Source: Octopus vulgaris | Taxonomy: Eukaryota | Reading direction: 5' to 3' | Assembly (NCBI GenBank): GCA_951406725.2 | Contig: OX597831.1 | Coordinates: forward strand, 78,182,001 to 78,246,000 | DNA: 64,000 nucleotides | Shown here: piece after piece, positions 1 through 13,499 of the stretch | Position numbering within the stretch: position 1 is the first letter of the stretch | Layout of the letters: the number at the start of each line of letters is the position of its first letter | Program-made: the position numbers and the translations under genes | Notes under the pieces: generated by a model | Database searches by the model: none | What the model saw: the letters and a program-made list of their open reading frames with translations, nothing else | What the model was told of the DNA's origin: nothing

Positions 1-175
1 GAGCCCGGCATTTCGCTGATAAAGTCAGTGTGTACTAAGAAACCAGTGATGTGGTGGCGGTGGTGGTGGTGGTAGTGGTGGTGGTGGTGGAGTGGGAGGG
101 AGGGGAAGGGATAAAGACGTTTGTTTGTAGATGATCATCAGTGGATTTGTTAATGTAGTCTTTAAATAAACATGT

Positions 176-209
<34 letters not shown>

Positions 210-272
210 AGAGAGAAAGAGGAAGATCGAGATAGATAGATAGATAGATAGATGGATAGGTAGATAGATAGG

Positions 273-315
<43 letters not shown>

Positions 316-488
316 TGACAAAAAGGGAGAGTGGGAGTAAGTGTGTGTGAGAGGGAGAGAGTAGAAGGGGAGCTAAAATGTGATCATGGGATAGCTTTTC
401 TAGAAAGTGTTTTAAGACTAAAAATTAGATACAACACACACACACTCTCTCTCACATATATGTAAACGTATGTTTGTAGGAATTTATA

Positions 489-687
489 TACTCTTTTACT
501 TGTTTCAGTCATTTGACTGCGGCCATGCCGAGCACCGCCTTTAGTCGAGCAAATCGACCTCAGGACTTATTGTATCGGTGTCTCTTACCGAACTGCTAGG
601 TTGCGGTGACGCAAACACACCACCATCGGTTGTCAAGCGATGTTGGGTGGACAAACACAGACACATAAACATATACACACGAATACG

Positions 688-732
<45 letters not shown>

Positions 733-872
733 GACGGGCTTCTTTCAGTTTCCGTCTACCAAATCTACGCACAGGGCTATTTTTGGCCCGAGGCTATGGT
801 AGAAGACACTTGCCCAAGGTGCCAGGCAGTGGGAATGAACTCGGAAACATGTGGTTGGTAAGCAATCTACTC
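489..872 (-). mobile_element. tRNA-derived SINE, family A (internal TA/CA microsatellite)
   Basis: Reverse complement of the element at 20098-20524: tRNA-like head, ACCTTGGGCAAGTGTCTTC body, internal (TA)n, tail CAAATGACTGAAACAAGTAAAAGAG. Confidence 0.9.
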
Positions 873-876
873 ATAT

Positions 877-1400
877 ATATAAAGGAATACCAAAACTGGG
901 ACAAGAACGTAAAACATCCAGACAGACGATACAAAAAAACAAGGATGGATCATTCGGAGCTTCCTTTCTTCAGTCGAGTTCCAGATTATCTTTGCAATTT
1001 CTGCTGGTTATACGCGAGATTGCTCCAATCTGGCCAGCCCCTAGAAAAAACTAAGCTAACAGCATTAGATTCCTTGGAAGAAAGCAGCGAATGCATTAAA
1101 AAACAAGGACGGAAATAACGGAGAAATGGTACGCAAATACAAATGCAAATAAGGACATTAACAACAGGTGTCTTTCGACTAAGGACGAATTAAATTAAGT
1201 GTGTGAATGTGAAGCCTTACGGCAGGGACATAAGACATGACAGGCATAGGGAGGAATATACATGTTGCACGGGTGGAAGTCGAACCAAGACAGGAAAGTC
1301 AGACTTGGCCGAACAGCAGTCACGTGGAGAGAGAAGAGAGAGAGGTCGAGGCAGAGGGATAGAAGAATTAGGGAGGAACGAGAAGAAAAGAAAAGGGACA
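877..1400 (-). mobile_element. Penelope-like terminal-repeat remnant carrying permuted hammerhead-like motif
   Basis: Homologous to 6100-6209, 13500-14000, 20995-21265 and 30470-30870; flanked by TA runs; contains CTGAAGA and GAAA core strands on the minus strand; PLE origin is inferred. Confidence 0.55.
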
Positions 1401-1549
1401 GCATGTATATATATATATATATTTAAATATACATGTACATACATGGGATCATGGGATAGCTTTTCCACAAAGTGTTTAAAGACTAAAGATTGGATATAGC
1501 ATACACACTCTCACACATATATGTAAACGTATGCATGTAGGAATTTATA

Positions 1550-1602
<53 letters not shown>

Positions 1603-1603
<1 letters not shown>

Positions 1604-1727
1604 CGCAAAAAATGTTTATTTAATTCATTTTGCGGGAAGGCTGCTTCGGCCTGGCTGTGTTCTGCCCTTACCTTCGAAACACGCATTGAGTCGAAACAGG
1701 GGCAGCTGAAGAAGGGGAATGTTCCTT
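1603..1727 (+). ncRNA. Candidate hammerhead-like ribozyme with non-canonical strand order
   Basis: TGTGT-T-CTGCCC (1656-1667), CCTTC-GAA-ACACG (1671-1683), GGGCAG-CTGAAGA (1700-1712); stem II partner GAAGG at 1636-1640; extra helix 1641-1650/1690-1699. Confidence 0.55.
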
Positions 1728-1913
1728 GCATTGCTTGTCTTGTACTCTGTTTTTTCGTTGTTAAAAAAATTCGTTTCCTTGTTTGATTTTATGTTTTCGT
1801 TTCTACGTTTATTTGTGGTGTCCTGTACTCATATATGCATGTATATATACACATAGATGTAGGTATGTACATATATGTATGCATGTATGCATATGTTTTA
1901 TTTATTAAATTGT

Positions 1914-1957
<44 letters not shown>

Positions 1958-2051
1958 TAGCGGAGAATTTTTTGCTACCCTTATATTTATTAATATATAC
2001 ATATATATATATATAAATACATATATATATATATATATATACATACATACA

Positions 2052-2111
<60 letters not shown>

Positions 2112-2114
<3 letters not shown>

Positions 2115-2318
2115 TCCAAACATGAAAACACAAAGAGAAAACACAACAACGCGAGGATGTGGAACAAGTATAGTGTTATTGGACGCTCGCAAAAGGAAAG
2201 AAAGAAGGAGGACTTAACGTTTCGAGCGGAGCTCTTTGTCAGATACATAGGAAAAGGAAAGATCCAAGGAAGGGAAGATGGAGGAAAAAAATCGCCAACG
2301 ATACCACGCGGTCATATT

Positions 2319-2320
<2 letters not shown>
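2112..2320 (-). mobile_element. PLE-like terminal remnant with degenerate minimal HHR
   Basis: Reverse complement of 29050-29270; minus strand CTGACAA-A-GAGC-TCC-GCTC-GAAA-CGTT at about 2215-2242; inserted in (TA)n. Confidence 0.6.
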
Positions 2321-2365
<45 letters not shown>

Positions 2366-2367
<2 letters not shown>

Positions 2368-2563
2368 GGAGTAAACACATAAATGTGAAACAAGGTGGAA
2401 AAAAGAGTACTCAAATACCAGTGGTAGAGTAATATGCTTTATTTTAAGCAGCAGAAAATTCTCTGAGTTTCTCGTTGCCGTTCATCAGACAGTTTTTGCG
2501 TCTGATGAACGGCAACGAGAGACTCAGAGTAACAGATTTTGTTGAATTTTCTGCTGCTTAAAA

Positions 2564-2566
<3 letters not shown>
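2366..2566. mobile_element. PLE-like fold-back remnant with two inverted partial HHRs
   Basis: Nested inverted repeats 2439-2461/2544-2566 and 2461-2490/2500-2529 containing CTGATGA-A-CG-GCAA-CG-A-GAAA-CTCAGAG; same family as 39171-39304. Confidence 0.65.
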
Positions 2567-2601
<35 letters not shown>

Positions 2602-3169
2602 ATATACGTATAAATATACATGTTAGAGTGAGAAAGAAAGAGGATAAGAAAGGGGGAGAAAGAGAGAAAGAGGAAGATCGAGATAGAAAGATAGTTAGAT
2701 AGATAGATAGATAGATAGACTGATAATGAAAAACAGTTAGAGAGAGAGAATGTGTGTGTGAGAGAGAGAGAGAGAAATTAGAAAGGGAGATTATGGGATA
2801 GCTCTTCTAAAAAGTGTTTTAAGACTATAAACATTTTCTAGAAAAGCTATTCCATAATCCCCTTTCATCTTCCCTTCTACTCTCTCCCTCTCTCACACAC
2901 ATTCTCTCTATCCCTGTTTGTCACTCTCTGTTTACTTATGTATCTCTCTATCTCGGTCTTCCTCTTTCTCTCTTTCTCTCTCTCTCTAACATGTTTATTC
3001 ATATATATATATAAATTCCTATATACATACATCTACATCTATGTGTGAGACTGTGTGTTGTAACCATTTTTAATTTTAAAACACATTCTATAAAATCTAT
3101 CCCATGATCTCATGTATCTATGTATATGTATATCTGAATATATCTCTATATATATCTAAATATATATAT

Positions 3170-3263
<94 letters not shown>

Positions 3264-3280
3264 GTGTGTGCATATATGTA

Positions 3281-3460
3281 CAGCCTACACCAAAAGTATT
3301 AGGCCACCCCAATGTTTTGGGGTTCTTCTATCTCAATCTTAATGAAACTCGTGCACGTGACAGATACAGTTAATAGACAGTAAAATGTCTAAAACAAGGG
3401 TGTTGAGTGAGTGTGAATGAGAGATGGAATGTGTCAAAGGTAAATTGCTCAGAAGGTGAA
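3281..3460 (+). mobile_element. Tc1/Tc3-like DNA transposon 5' fragment
   Basis: TA followed by TIR-like CAGCCTACACCAAAAGTATTAGGCCACC; ATG at about 3385 gives MSKTRVLSECE, resembling Tc3-type transposase N-termini, then a stop. Confidence 0.45.
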
Positions 3461-3674
3461 AAGTCCTCGATGTGCGGTGCAAACGTCCCTCCAGCGCTCC
3501 AGAGAGACAAAAGATGTGAAGAGGATACAAAGAACGGGTAGAGAAATGTCGAGCCTCTCCTCGTACGTCATCTCTCTCTCCCTGTTTGTCACTATCTGTC
3601 TACCTACTTATCTATCTACCTCCACCTTCCTCTTTCTCTCTTTCTCAGTTTCTTTTTCTCTCTAACCTCTCTCT

Positions 3675-3729
<55 letters not shown>

Positions 3730-3984
3730 TCTTACGTACATACGTTTACATATATGTGTGATAGTAGTGTGTGTTGTATCGAATTTTTAGTCTTAAAACA
3801 TTCTAGATAAGCTATCCCATGAACCTATGTATATATGCATATGTATATCTAAATATATATATATATATACATGCAAATATATATGTATATATATATATAT
3901 TGATCAAAATGGTAAGACAGCAAAAGAATAAAGGAGATCTCGATATTATGTAAATAGAGGAATTTATCTGTAAATGTAATATGT

Positions 3985-4045
<61 letters not shown>

Positions 4046-4156
4046 GTATATATAAGGGTTACATAATTTGATAACTGTTTTAACTTAGCTACATGCATCA
4101 TAAAGTTTTGTAAGGTCGTAAAACGAACCTATCTCCTCAGGCGCCAAGAGGGGAGT

Positions 4157-4197
4157 TGCCTGACGAGTTATGCTTGTCTTAGAAACTTTAAGTTGCA
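4157..4197 (+). ncRNA. Degenerate type I hammerhead motif
   Basis: TGC-CTGACGA-(poorly paired stem II)-GAAA-CTTTAAG-TT-GCA; stems I and III pair, stem II is decayed. Confidence 0.4.
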
Positions 4198-4679
4198 TTT
4201 AACTGAATCAAACTGTTACTATGTGTGTGTGCGTGTGTGTGTCTACGTGCGTGTGTGCAACATTTATGTGTGTTTAAACGCATACATTTATATCACACAT
4301 CACATACACCACATAAAGAGATACACACACGCATCCTTATATGTAAAAGAGAGTGATTTTCCCACTGAAATATTTCAATGGCTCATCTCAATATCCACAC
4401 GGACACACACATTATAAGGCACACGCAAATACGCACATACACAAGCACATATTTACATTCAGGCACACATGACTATATATATATGTGCTGGTTAAGGAGT
4501 GTGTGTGTGTGTGCGTGTGTGTGTGTGTGTGTGGACCTGTAACAATGTTTTAAAACCACTGATTGGCATATTTACATAAACAGTCACTCGAACTCTTCTC
4601 TTATCCTCGCATCTGTCTGTTGCCAGTTAGCAGCCGGACAACGGAAGCATTCACAGGGCCAAACGAAATCGGTTCGCTG

Positions 4680-5200
4680 GTATGTATGCATGTATGTAAG
4701 TATGTATGTATGTATGTATGTATGTATGTATGTATGTATGTATGGTTGTATGTATGTATGTATGTATGTATGTATGTATGTGTGTATGTATGTATGTATG
4801 TATGTATGTATGCATGTATGTATTCGTGTATGTATGCGTGTATGTATGTATGTATGTATGTATGCATGTATGTATGGATGTATGTATGTATGTATGTATG
4901 TATGTGTGTATGTGTGTATGTATGTATGTATGCATGTATGTATGTATGTATGTGTGTATGTATGTATGTATGTTTTTATGTATGTATGTATGTATGTATG
5001 TATGCATGTATGTATTCGTGTATGTATGCATGTATGTATGCATGTATGTATGTATGTATGTATGTGTGTATGTATGTATGTATGTATGTATGTATGTATG
5101 TATGTATGTATGTATGTGTGTATGTATGCATGTATGTATGTATGCATGTATGTATGTATGTATGTGTGTATGTATGCATGTATGTATGTATGTATGTTTG
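4680..5200. repeat. (TATG)n microsatellite, about 520 bp, imperfect
   Basis: Direct reading; source of the MYVC/TYIH pseudo-ORFs. Confidence 0.98.
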
Positions 5201-5550
5201 TCTACATTCGTGTGTGCGTGCGCGACGTTTATTGTAGAAAAATCCCATTTATGAACAGAAGCTCTATTTTAAATACATATATAGTCACTTCTGTGTACAT
5301 TCCCATACACACACAACATGTGTGTGCGTGTGTGCACATATACATATCTTACTCTCTCTCTCTTTCGCTCTGTATCTGTATGTCTGTCTGTCTGTCTCTC
5401 TCTGTATCTCTCTCATTATATATATACACACACACACAAATATATATATACATATATAAACATACATTGATACACACATATGCATATATACATAATCATA
5501 TATATAGTTGTACATATGTACTTGTCTATATGTATCTGTATATGTGTGTG

Positions 5551-5597
<47 letters not shown>

Positions 5598-5672
5598 TTA
5601 CGCATTTATATATATCTACATATATTCTTACACATACACGCACACACGCACATACATACATACATACATACG

Positions 5673-5704
<32 letters not shown>

Positions 5705-5713
5705 TATATCCTA

Positions 5714-5766
<53 letters not shown>

Positions 5767-5895
5767 AAAAAAATACAAACTAGGACAAGAAAGTAAAACA
5801 TTTAGAAGACGATACAAAAACACGGACGGGCCAGAGAAATGTGAGAGAGTGGGGGAAGACCAAAGAATCAGAGGCAAGAAAAGAGAAAAGGAGGA

Positions 5896-5933
<38 letters not shown>

Positions 5934-6899
5934 AAGAGAGAGAAAGAGACAGATCAAAGTGGAGTGCAAAGTGTGAAAGGCAGAGAAATGTAGGACAGGG
6001 GGGAGAGAGAGACAGTGTTATAGAGTCGTACCAAATTTAAAGAAATACGTACTTACATACAAAACCAAAAAGGGTACGGGTGTCGCTATATATATTATAT
6101 GTAGAACAATACAAACTGGGACAAGAACGTAAAACATTTAGAAGACGATACAAAAAACACGGACGGGACATTCGAAGCCTTCAATCTTCAGTCAAGAACC
6201 GGATCATCCATATATATCCTAATACGCAACCCTGTATTTTTGCTTTGTTGTGCTTTTAACCTTTCACATTGAAATCTCTTCTGTTCTCGAGTCTTTACGC
6301 TTTAGCGTAACATTTTCAGCCATGTTTTTCCGATCAGAGGTCGTCAACGAGGTCAATGCTGACTTCTTACCGGTGTGGATAGGATCTGTGCCTGTTTCCC
6401 AGAGATCGATAAACACCTAAAACAAATATAAAATGTCCCGAATTATTGGCAAACTGAAACTGTAAGAGCCATGCGTAATTTAAGGCGAAAACTCACTAAT
6501 TTTTTAACTAAATATCTTTGGACTTGTAGCACGTATTTCCCAAAACATACAATTCATATTAAAGGTTCCGATTTCATTAATATAATATTTATCTTTCTTC
6601 ATCAATTTCTTTAACGATTTTAAATTTCTTCAAATATTTCTTGCTAAAAAAACCACAATGACTCAAAAGAACGGAGAAATTTACAGTTGGATATTGGAGG
6701 GTTTGGAATATTTATGATGACTAGAATAAGGGACCAAGGAATATTTATAACGACTAGAAAGACTTTTTTTTAATATATTGGCGACTTTAGTTTGTTCATC
6801 AAATTTCAGATATTAGAATGTTGGATTTTCTAATATATCTAAAAGTTGAAGAACAAACTAAATTTGTTTCTCCATTTTCTTATTTGTATTATATATATA

Positions 6900-6941
<42 letters not shown>

Positions 6942-6957
6942 AAGAGAGAGAAAGACA

Positions 6958-7361
6958 GGTTGTATAAAGTCAACATAACGTGACAGTCCCGTAGAAAGAC
7001 TTACACCACCGCTATATAGCCCTAGGAAGCATCGACGCCTCCTGTTGGCCTTGACACATTCCTGTGTCCTTATATGACCAGTGAATAAATTTCACTGTAA
7101 ATCGATATATTTGCGAGGGCTTGGTAAGTATCACCGCTAGCGAGGATACGCTACCCCGGACTGACGAAGGGCAAGACCCAGAAACATGCATGTCTCCAGG
7201 TTTCTAGTTCTAGCTAGTGGAGGTGCTTACCTCCCCTTTGCAAATATAAGGACACAGGAATGTGTCAAGGCCGACAGGAGGCGTCGATGCTTCCTAGGGC
7301 TATATAGCGGTGGTGTAAGTCCCTCTACGGGACTGTCACGTTATGTTGACTTTATACAACC
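6958..7361. mobile_element. Fold-back element with 118-bp terminal inverted arms and central HHR
   Basis: 6958-7075 is the reverse complement of 7244-7361 with 3 differences; inner imperfect stem; HHR in the loop. Confidence 0.85.
7155..7200 (+). ncRNA. Minimal type I hammerhead ribozyme
   Basis: CCCGGA-CTGACGA-A-GGG-CAAGA-CCC-A-GAAA-CATGCATG-TC-TCCAGG; palindromic stem III ACATGCATGT; GUC triplet at 7192-7194. Confidence 0.75.
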
Positions 7362-7859
7362 ACTCTATCGCTCCACCACCGCTCATGTCTCGTTGAGACA
7401 TTTAGAAATTCAATATTTCTAATATATATATATATGCACACATATATACATATACATTCATATATATATAAATATATATATATACATACATATTTATATA
7501 TACATATATACATATATCTGTATCTGTGTGCTGTGTACATGTGAGCGAATTTGTGTTTATGTGTGTGTGTGCGTGTGTGTACGTATAAGTGTATAGGTGT
7601 TTATGTATGTGCGCTTGTCTGGATGGACGCTTGCAAGTAAAGTTTCACCCAGAAAAATAAAAATTAAGGGTATATCTCAACCCACGCACCCAACTCTCTC
7701 TCACACGCTTTCTCTCTCTCCCTCTCTCTCTCTTTCAAACCTCTTCGCGGCGTTTTGACATATGACCTGTCAGTGAAGATGGGTTACCATGGAGATAAAC
7801 TTTGAAACAATTTGATCAACAAGAACAAGAACGGCAACAACAACAGCAACAACAAAATT

Positions 7860-8222
<363 letters not shown>

Positions 8223-8608
8223 AATTCTACCTTAAACTTATGAAAGATATGCTGGATTGTGTAATTCTAGAGACGCAACGTCTGAAGATAAGATTCGATG
8301 GTTATGACATGATTGGAATGTCATTGACCACAGGAGGCAGATCCGGGATCAAAATCAAAGCTATTTACGACGAGCAAGTGAAGGAGCTTGTACGTGGCAA
8401 TGCAACCTGACAAAAACGGCAGACACATCTCTCTCAAGCAACACCGGTATTGGATGTAAACAAACAAACGCCAGTTTTCAAGCGGCGGCTGGAGGACAGC
8501 GGCACACAAAGTGACGCACAGATAGGCACACACACACATGCACACACTTAAAACACACACACACACATAGACAGACAGACAAACAGACAAACAGACAGAC
8601 AGACAGAC

Positions 8609-8649
<41 letters not shown>

Positions 8650-8690
8650 TAGATAGACAGATAGATAGATAGATAGATAGATAGACAGAT

Positions 8691-8764
<74 letters not shown>

Positions 8765-8765
<1 letters not shown>

Positions 8766-9110
8766 CGCTAAATATGTTTCTTTATTAGCCACACAGGGCT
8801 GCACACAGACGGGACAGATTACAAAGTAGAGCTTTTCTTTTTTTTTGGAAAAAAAAAGTGGAGTAGGTTTTCGAGCAAAAGGGATCGTAAAAGGGAAAGA
8901 AGAAAAAAAGAAAAAAAGGAACAGAAACAAAAAAAAGAAAAAAGAAAAAATGAGAAAAAAAGGAAAAAAGGGGAAAAAGAAAAAAAAGTGATGAATAGGG
9001 ATCGATGTATCACAGTGTCATGATGTACGGTGTAAAGGGGAAGCAGATAAGGTTTATCCGTGGGAAGAAAAGCCTACGGAAAAGACTACGGTAACCTCGG
9101 TCAATATTGT
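8765..9110 (-). mobile_element. Probable LINE 3' UTR fragment sharing its tail with SINE family C
   Basis: Minus strand ends TGTCCCGTCTGTGTGCAGCCCTGTGTGGCTAATAAAGAAAC, similar to the SINE-C tail TGTCCCCTCTGTGTTTAGCCCCTTGTGGGTAATAAAGAAAT. Confidence 0.45.
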
Positions 9111-9252
9111 TACGTGTTACCACATTTGTTTGCAAGTGGGTAACCCTCTGTTTTCAATTTCTGGGTTCATAGGATTATGCTCAAGGTGGCTTCGTCATTC
9201 ATACGTGCCATCCTTGCTACATTCACCAATGCATACATACATACATACATAT

Positions 9253-9324
<72 letters not shown>

Positions 9325-9469
9325 TTCAACAATTGAGGGTAAAATTAATTAATTAATCAATTTCACCAAGTATTCAGTATACAAAGGGACCATTTAAGGC
9401 GAATTTTTTTAGCTGCTATTTCTAATGAGTTCAGTATGCGGCAAAGTAATTTATTTTACTAAGCCCTTT

Positions 9470-9506
<37 letters not shown>

Positions 9507-9644
9507 TAAATGTATATATATATATATACATACATATATATATATATGCATGAATGTATATATATATATGCATATGCATAATTACAAACAATATAACATA
9601 AGAGAATGTATATACACTCACACACGCGCGTACACACACAGATG

Positions 9645-10058
<414 letters not shown>

Positions 10059-10533
10059 GTTCCATTTACTCTTACATGATGTGGTTGACTTAAACGATCG
10101 AAACTGGTTGGTATTTCTTTTCTTTTCCTATTCTAAGAATTTTCTTGTATTTATTTAAATCCACACATGGAAAACTTCTAGAAAGACGAGTACCTAATTT
10201 CGGCATTGGATGTTATATAAATGTCAGAACTAGACACCATTGTATTGTACCAAATGTACAAAAATGGCTGACGGTTAGTAAGGAGAGATACAAATAAGAA
10301 AGAAGAAAACAAAGGACCACTGATGCGGTCACAGGAGTGTGACGAAAGAACTCTGGCCGAAATAAGATTAAGATTAATGTAAAAAATAAATAACACTGAA
10401 GCAAAATAACACCAAATATATAGTGCGAGTGTTTTTATTGGCTAAACTGGCAAAATGACCATTCCGAAATATAACAATATCTGTTTCAACACACGACTTC
10501 ACATAAAAAATCTTGCACAACAAATATTTAAAC

Positions 10534-10598
<65 letters not shown>

Positions 10599-11329
10599 AT
10601 AAATATACATATATAAATATGTATATATGTTTCTAATTATGCATGTGTATATGTACATAACTACACACGTACGTATGTACATACTCATTTTCATGTGTTT
10701 ATATATATATATACATATGCATACACATTTATACGCACACACATATACTCACGTACACATGCGTTTGTGTCTGTGTGTGTTTGTTCATTTACATCCCTAC
10801 ATACATATGTATATACATTCACTTACATAAATGTATTACATTTATTTATGTAACTTAATATATCTGAAAGCTTACGTTATTACATCAAAATTAGTAGATT
10901 TAAATTTCATATTTGCAAAAACGAAAAATGGGCAGGTAAAAAGGTAGAGGGGACAAAATCTCAAAAAGAAAACAACAACACCAGCAAATATAAACAATAA
11001 ACAACAAAACTGGCGGTAAAGATCAAAGAAATTAAATAGCTACATAGAAAATGTTACTGCGAATAGTTTGTCTCTCATTCAGTCACTGTTCATGCCGCTG
11101 CTGTTAATGTCTAAAGCAAGGTCAGCCGATTGAGGCGGCGTATGATCAAAAGGTTTTCTAACCATTAGCATCAAGTAATGTCTGGTATAGTTTATCTAGG
11201 AATACATTATATGATTTGTGTATTCTAGTAAATTGTTTTCTTCTTTTTATGGGTTTAAGGTGCGATTTGCGCTTTTCGTTTGTTTTGACTTCTGCAAGCT
11301 TTGATTTAGGCAACAAATCTACCTCAATT

Positions 11330-11639
<310 letters not shown>

Positions 11640-11969
11640 CATTCTTTTATTCGTTTCAGCCATGCATCTGCGGTCATGCTAGAACACCTGATTTCCTCAG
11701 GCTGGCTGGGTTTCACATCACCACTCCTGTGTAAGTCATTGTCCCAGCTGTTGGCCCATTTGGCGCATGAGGGTGTTGACTGCGCTGCCTTCGCCTATAC
11801 TTCATGTCAGGGCGTTGGTTCATCCGGCATTGTGGAGAGGCGGATGTCTAGTTCGTTTTCCTAATATTACAGGTCAATGGCATTTTGCTATTCATTTATT
11901 TATATTTATATAAATATGTACATTTATTTCTATGCAGGCGTCGTTTAGAAATAGTATAAAATCGGGAAT

Positions 11970-12205
11970 GGAGTTCATAAAACATCTACGTCCATTTTAT
12001 GGAGATGTCATAATTTTTGTGACAGGGCATTGAAGACCTGTACGTTTTTGGATCCTGGAGTATAGCAGTACCTAGTCCTGAATTTAGATGGAGTAGATGA
12101 TACATTTGGTACAATACAATGGCGTCTAGTTCTGACATTTATATAACATCCAAAGCCGAAATTAGGTACTCGTCCTTCTAGAAGTTTTCCATGTGTGGAT
12201 TTAAA
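11970..12205 (-). mobile_element. CR1-like LINE ORF2 3' fragment
   Basis: LLEGRVPNFGFGCYINVRTRRHCIVP...RTRYCYTPG...VFNAL aligns by eye with the CR1-like fragment at 61975-62545. Confidence 0.7.
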
Positions 12206-12349
12206 TAAATACAAGAAAATTCTTAGAATAGGAAAAGAAAAGAAATACCAACCAGTTTCAATCGTTTAAGTCAACCACATCATGCAAGAGTAAAATGGAA
12301 AGAAGAATTTGAAAAATACAAACTTTCTCAACATGTGTTCTATAAATCA

Positions 12350-12505
12350 AGGCGGCAACCTCGTAGAATCGTTTGCACGCCGGGCAAAACACTTAGTAAC
12401 ATTTCGTTTGCTTTTACGTTCTGAGTTCAAATTATGCCGAGGTGGATTTTGCCTTACGGGGTCGAAAAAAATGTGTACTAGTTCAGCACTAGGATCGATA
12501 TAACC
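12350..12505 (+). mobile_element. SINE family C, degraded
   Basis: AGGCGGC...AGAATCGTT...TTACGTTCTGAGTTCAAAT signature. Confidence 0.75.
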
Positions 12506-13499
12506 GATTAGATTAATCTGAATTTAGTATTAGTCCTGGATTTTCTTGTAAAAGTTCTCTAAATATTTCCATCTTCTTATTTTTACCAGTATATATATAT
12601 ATATATATATACTGTTACAATTAGCCATTTTAGCTATTTTGAAACACGGCGCGAATTTGCAATATGACGTAATGTATTGCCGAAGAATTATTATTTTCGT
12701 TTTTTCCATTGGTTAATATAACTGCTCATATAAGGATTCTAAAAAGTTATGTAAAGAATATTTGTAATGGATTTCGATTCTTTTTAAGTCAAGTTGAGCA
12801 GTTATAAAAACCCTGGATTTGGGGAAAAACTTTAGTGTTTGTTGGATGTAACTAAACTCCACGACGCTCACCCCTTGAGACATTGGTGATTTTATGCCAT
12901 GTCCAAAGAAAATAATCACAAGTCTATTTTGATTTGTTAATTAATCTATTGGTTAGATTTACGAATTAGTTAATGAATATATAGTCGTCCTTCTACACGA
13001 TGGAAATTATCTTTCCTTTCTAGTGTAAATTATATAAAATGTTATATATATATAATAAAACTAATTAAGAAAATGTTTCTCTTCGCGTTTGTTTTTCAAC
13101 TGAGTATAAATAAATATGCATTTCTGTAATCATTAAATTATATTTTCTTTATAGCGGTTAAATGAACACGAAGAAAATATTATACATACATGTCGTTAAT
13201 ATTCATAGCGTTTCATGAGTATATATCTCTATGGCGTTATATACTGTAGTCCGGATTTGTGTATAATGATAACACTTAAGTTATAAGTAACGTTCAGCCA
13301 TTATATTCACCCTTACTCAAAAAAGCCAAATAAAATAATCTATTTCCCAATAGTAAACAATAAATAGCATTACATCACTGTAACAAAACTAAATAGAGAA
13401 TGTACTATAATAATATAACCTAAGAGAAAACACAAGATATCCTAAAACCAGCTATAATACTTAGAAGGTGAGCAAAAGTGTACGTACGTCGCTATATGT

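Noticed and set aside
4563-5796. Long ORFs up to 368 aa ([12 protein letters not shown] repeats) and similar ORFs throughout the window
   Set aside because: These are stop-free translations of microsatellites with no domain content.
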